From: Azolla caroliniana
Taxonomy: Eukaryota > Plantae > Polypodiophyta
Direction: 5' to 3'
Assembly: GCA_043228905.1 (NCBI GenBank)
Contig: JBHGNT010000015.1
Span: 10,230,001 to 10,294,000, forward strand
DNA: 64,000 nt
Under the pieces are notes generated by a model. The model saw nothing but the letters and a program-made list of their open reading frames with translations, was not told the origin of the DNA and did not search any database. Both the position numbers and the translations under genes were made by a program. Positions 62,901-64,000 of this stretch are shown here, piece by piece (position 1 is the first letter of the stretch; the number at the start of each line of letters is the position of its first letter).

Positions 62901-64000
62901 ACTCGACCCTCAGTTATACCAGCATCAGGTTCACTTGAGCAAGGACGCAAAACCTGTGGCATAAAGACGGTACCGGATGAATCCCAATTATGCCGCCAAA
63001 GTCAAGGAGGAAATCGACAAACTGCTAAGAGTTGGATTTATCCGTCCGGTAAAGAAAGCGACATGGCTGAGCCCGATCGTAGTCGTACCAAAGAAGAACG
63101 GAAAAATTCGAGTTTGTGTGGACTACCGGAAACTCAATGCCGCTACGGTAACGGATGCGTTTCCACTTCCGTTCACAGATGGAGTGTTGGATGCCGTTGC
63201 CGGCTATGAGGTCTATAGCTTTCTAGACGGATTCAGCGGGTATAATCAGATCCGGATGCACCCCGACGACCAAGAGAAAACGGCTTTCGTCACCGAATGG
63301 GGGGTGTTTGTGGCCGTGGTGATGATGTTCAGACTCAAAATGACACCGGCAACATTTCAACGAATCATCATGGAAATCTTTGGTGAATATATCCCGGCTT
63401 TTATGCAGGTTTTCCTTGACAATTTCGCCGTCTATAGCCGGGAGGAGGACCATTTTCAGCACCTCCGTCTTTGTCTAGAAAAGTGTAGAGCGTACCGGCT
63501 AAGCTTGAATCCGGCAAAGTGTGTATTTGGCGTGTCCAGTGGAACCTTATTAGGACATATTGTGAGCCAGGAAGGTATTGCTGTCGACCCGGACAAAGTG
63601 AAAGCCATATTAGAAGCACCGGCGCTGGCAACGGCAAAGGCATTAAGCTGGTTCTTAGGCCAGATCCGGTGGCACAGCCGGATGCTCCGATACTTGGCCG
63701 ACCTGGCTACACCGTTGCATGCCGCCGTACATTGGACACCATTCCAGTGGACCGACACCGAGGATAGGGCATATAGGGCCCTCAAGGTACTATTGTCACA
63801 AGCACCGGTAATGCAGCCTCCGGATTGGAGTAAAGAATTTCATGTGTACGTGGACGCCTCCGACATCGCAATCGGAAGCGTACTGATGCAGCTTACGGAG
63901 CCAAAGTGGTACCGGCCAGTGTACTATGCCAGCCGAAAGCTATCCCAAGCGGAACGGAACTACTCTACCACGGAACGGGAAGCTCTAGGGATGATCTACA
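59924..64000 (+). mobile_element. Gypsy element F (5' LTR 59924-60334), decayed, runs off window end
   Basis: TGTTA...TAACA LTR; PBS TGGCGACCAC at 60342 (tRNA-Arg-like). gag with EERPPTPE repeats, PR VIDTGSG, RT (VCVDYRKLN, FLDGFSGYNQI), RNaseH (VDASD). Confidence 0.9.

Overview
Repeat-dense nuclear DNA from a land plant, probably a seed-free lineage (inferred from a divergent plastid ycf2 insert and the TE types). No intact host protein gene is recognisable. The backbone is a ~392-bp tandem repeat whose unit carries a full 72-nt cytosolic tRNA-Asp(GTC) sequence. There are ~28 copies in blocks at ~1.0-6.6 kb and 23.0-24.7 kb (minus), 29.5-31.0 kb (plus) and 53.1-54.9 kb (minus); only 2-3 copies are intact. 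The array is broken up by nested mobile DNA: three Copia elements; two related tRNA-Trp-primed Gypsy elements, one inside the other; a ycf2 NUPT; a 5'-truncated LINE; an endonuclease-less Penelope-like retroelement with a hammerhead-type motif; a CAC-ended DDE transposon containing a self-priming chromovirus; a palindromic 51-bp array; and a Gypsy cut off by the window end. Two unrelated LTR families carry tRNA-like A/B-box cassettes. All calls were made by eye from sequence and motif recall; no searches were run.
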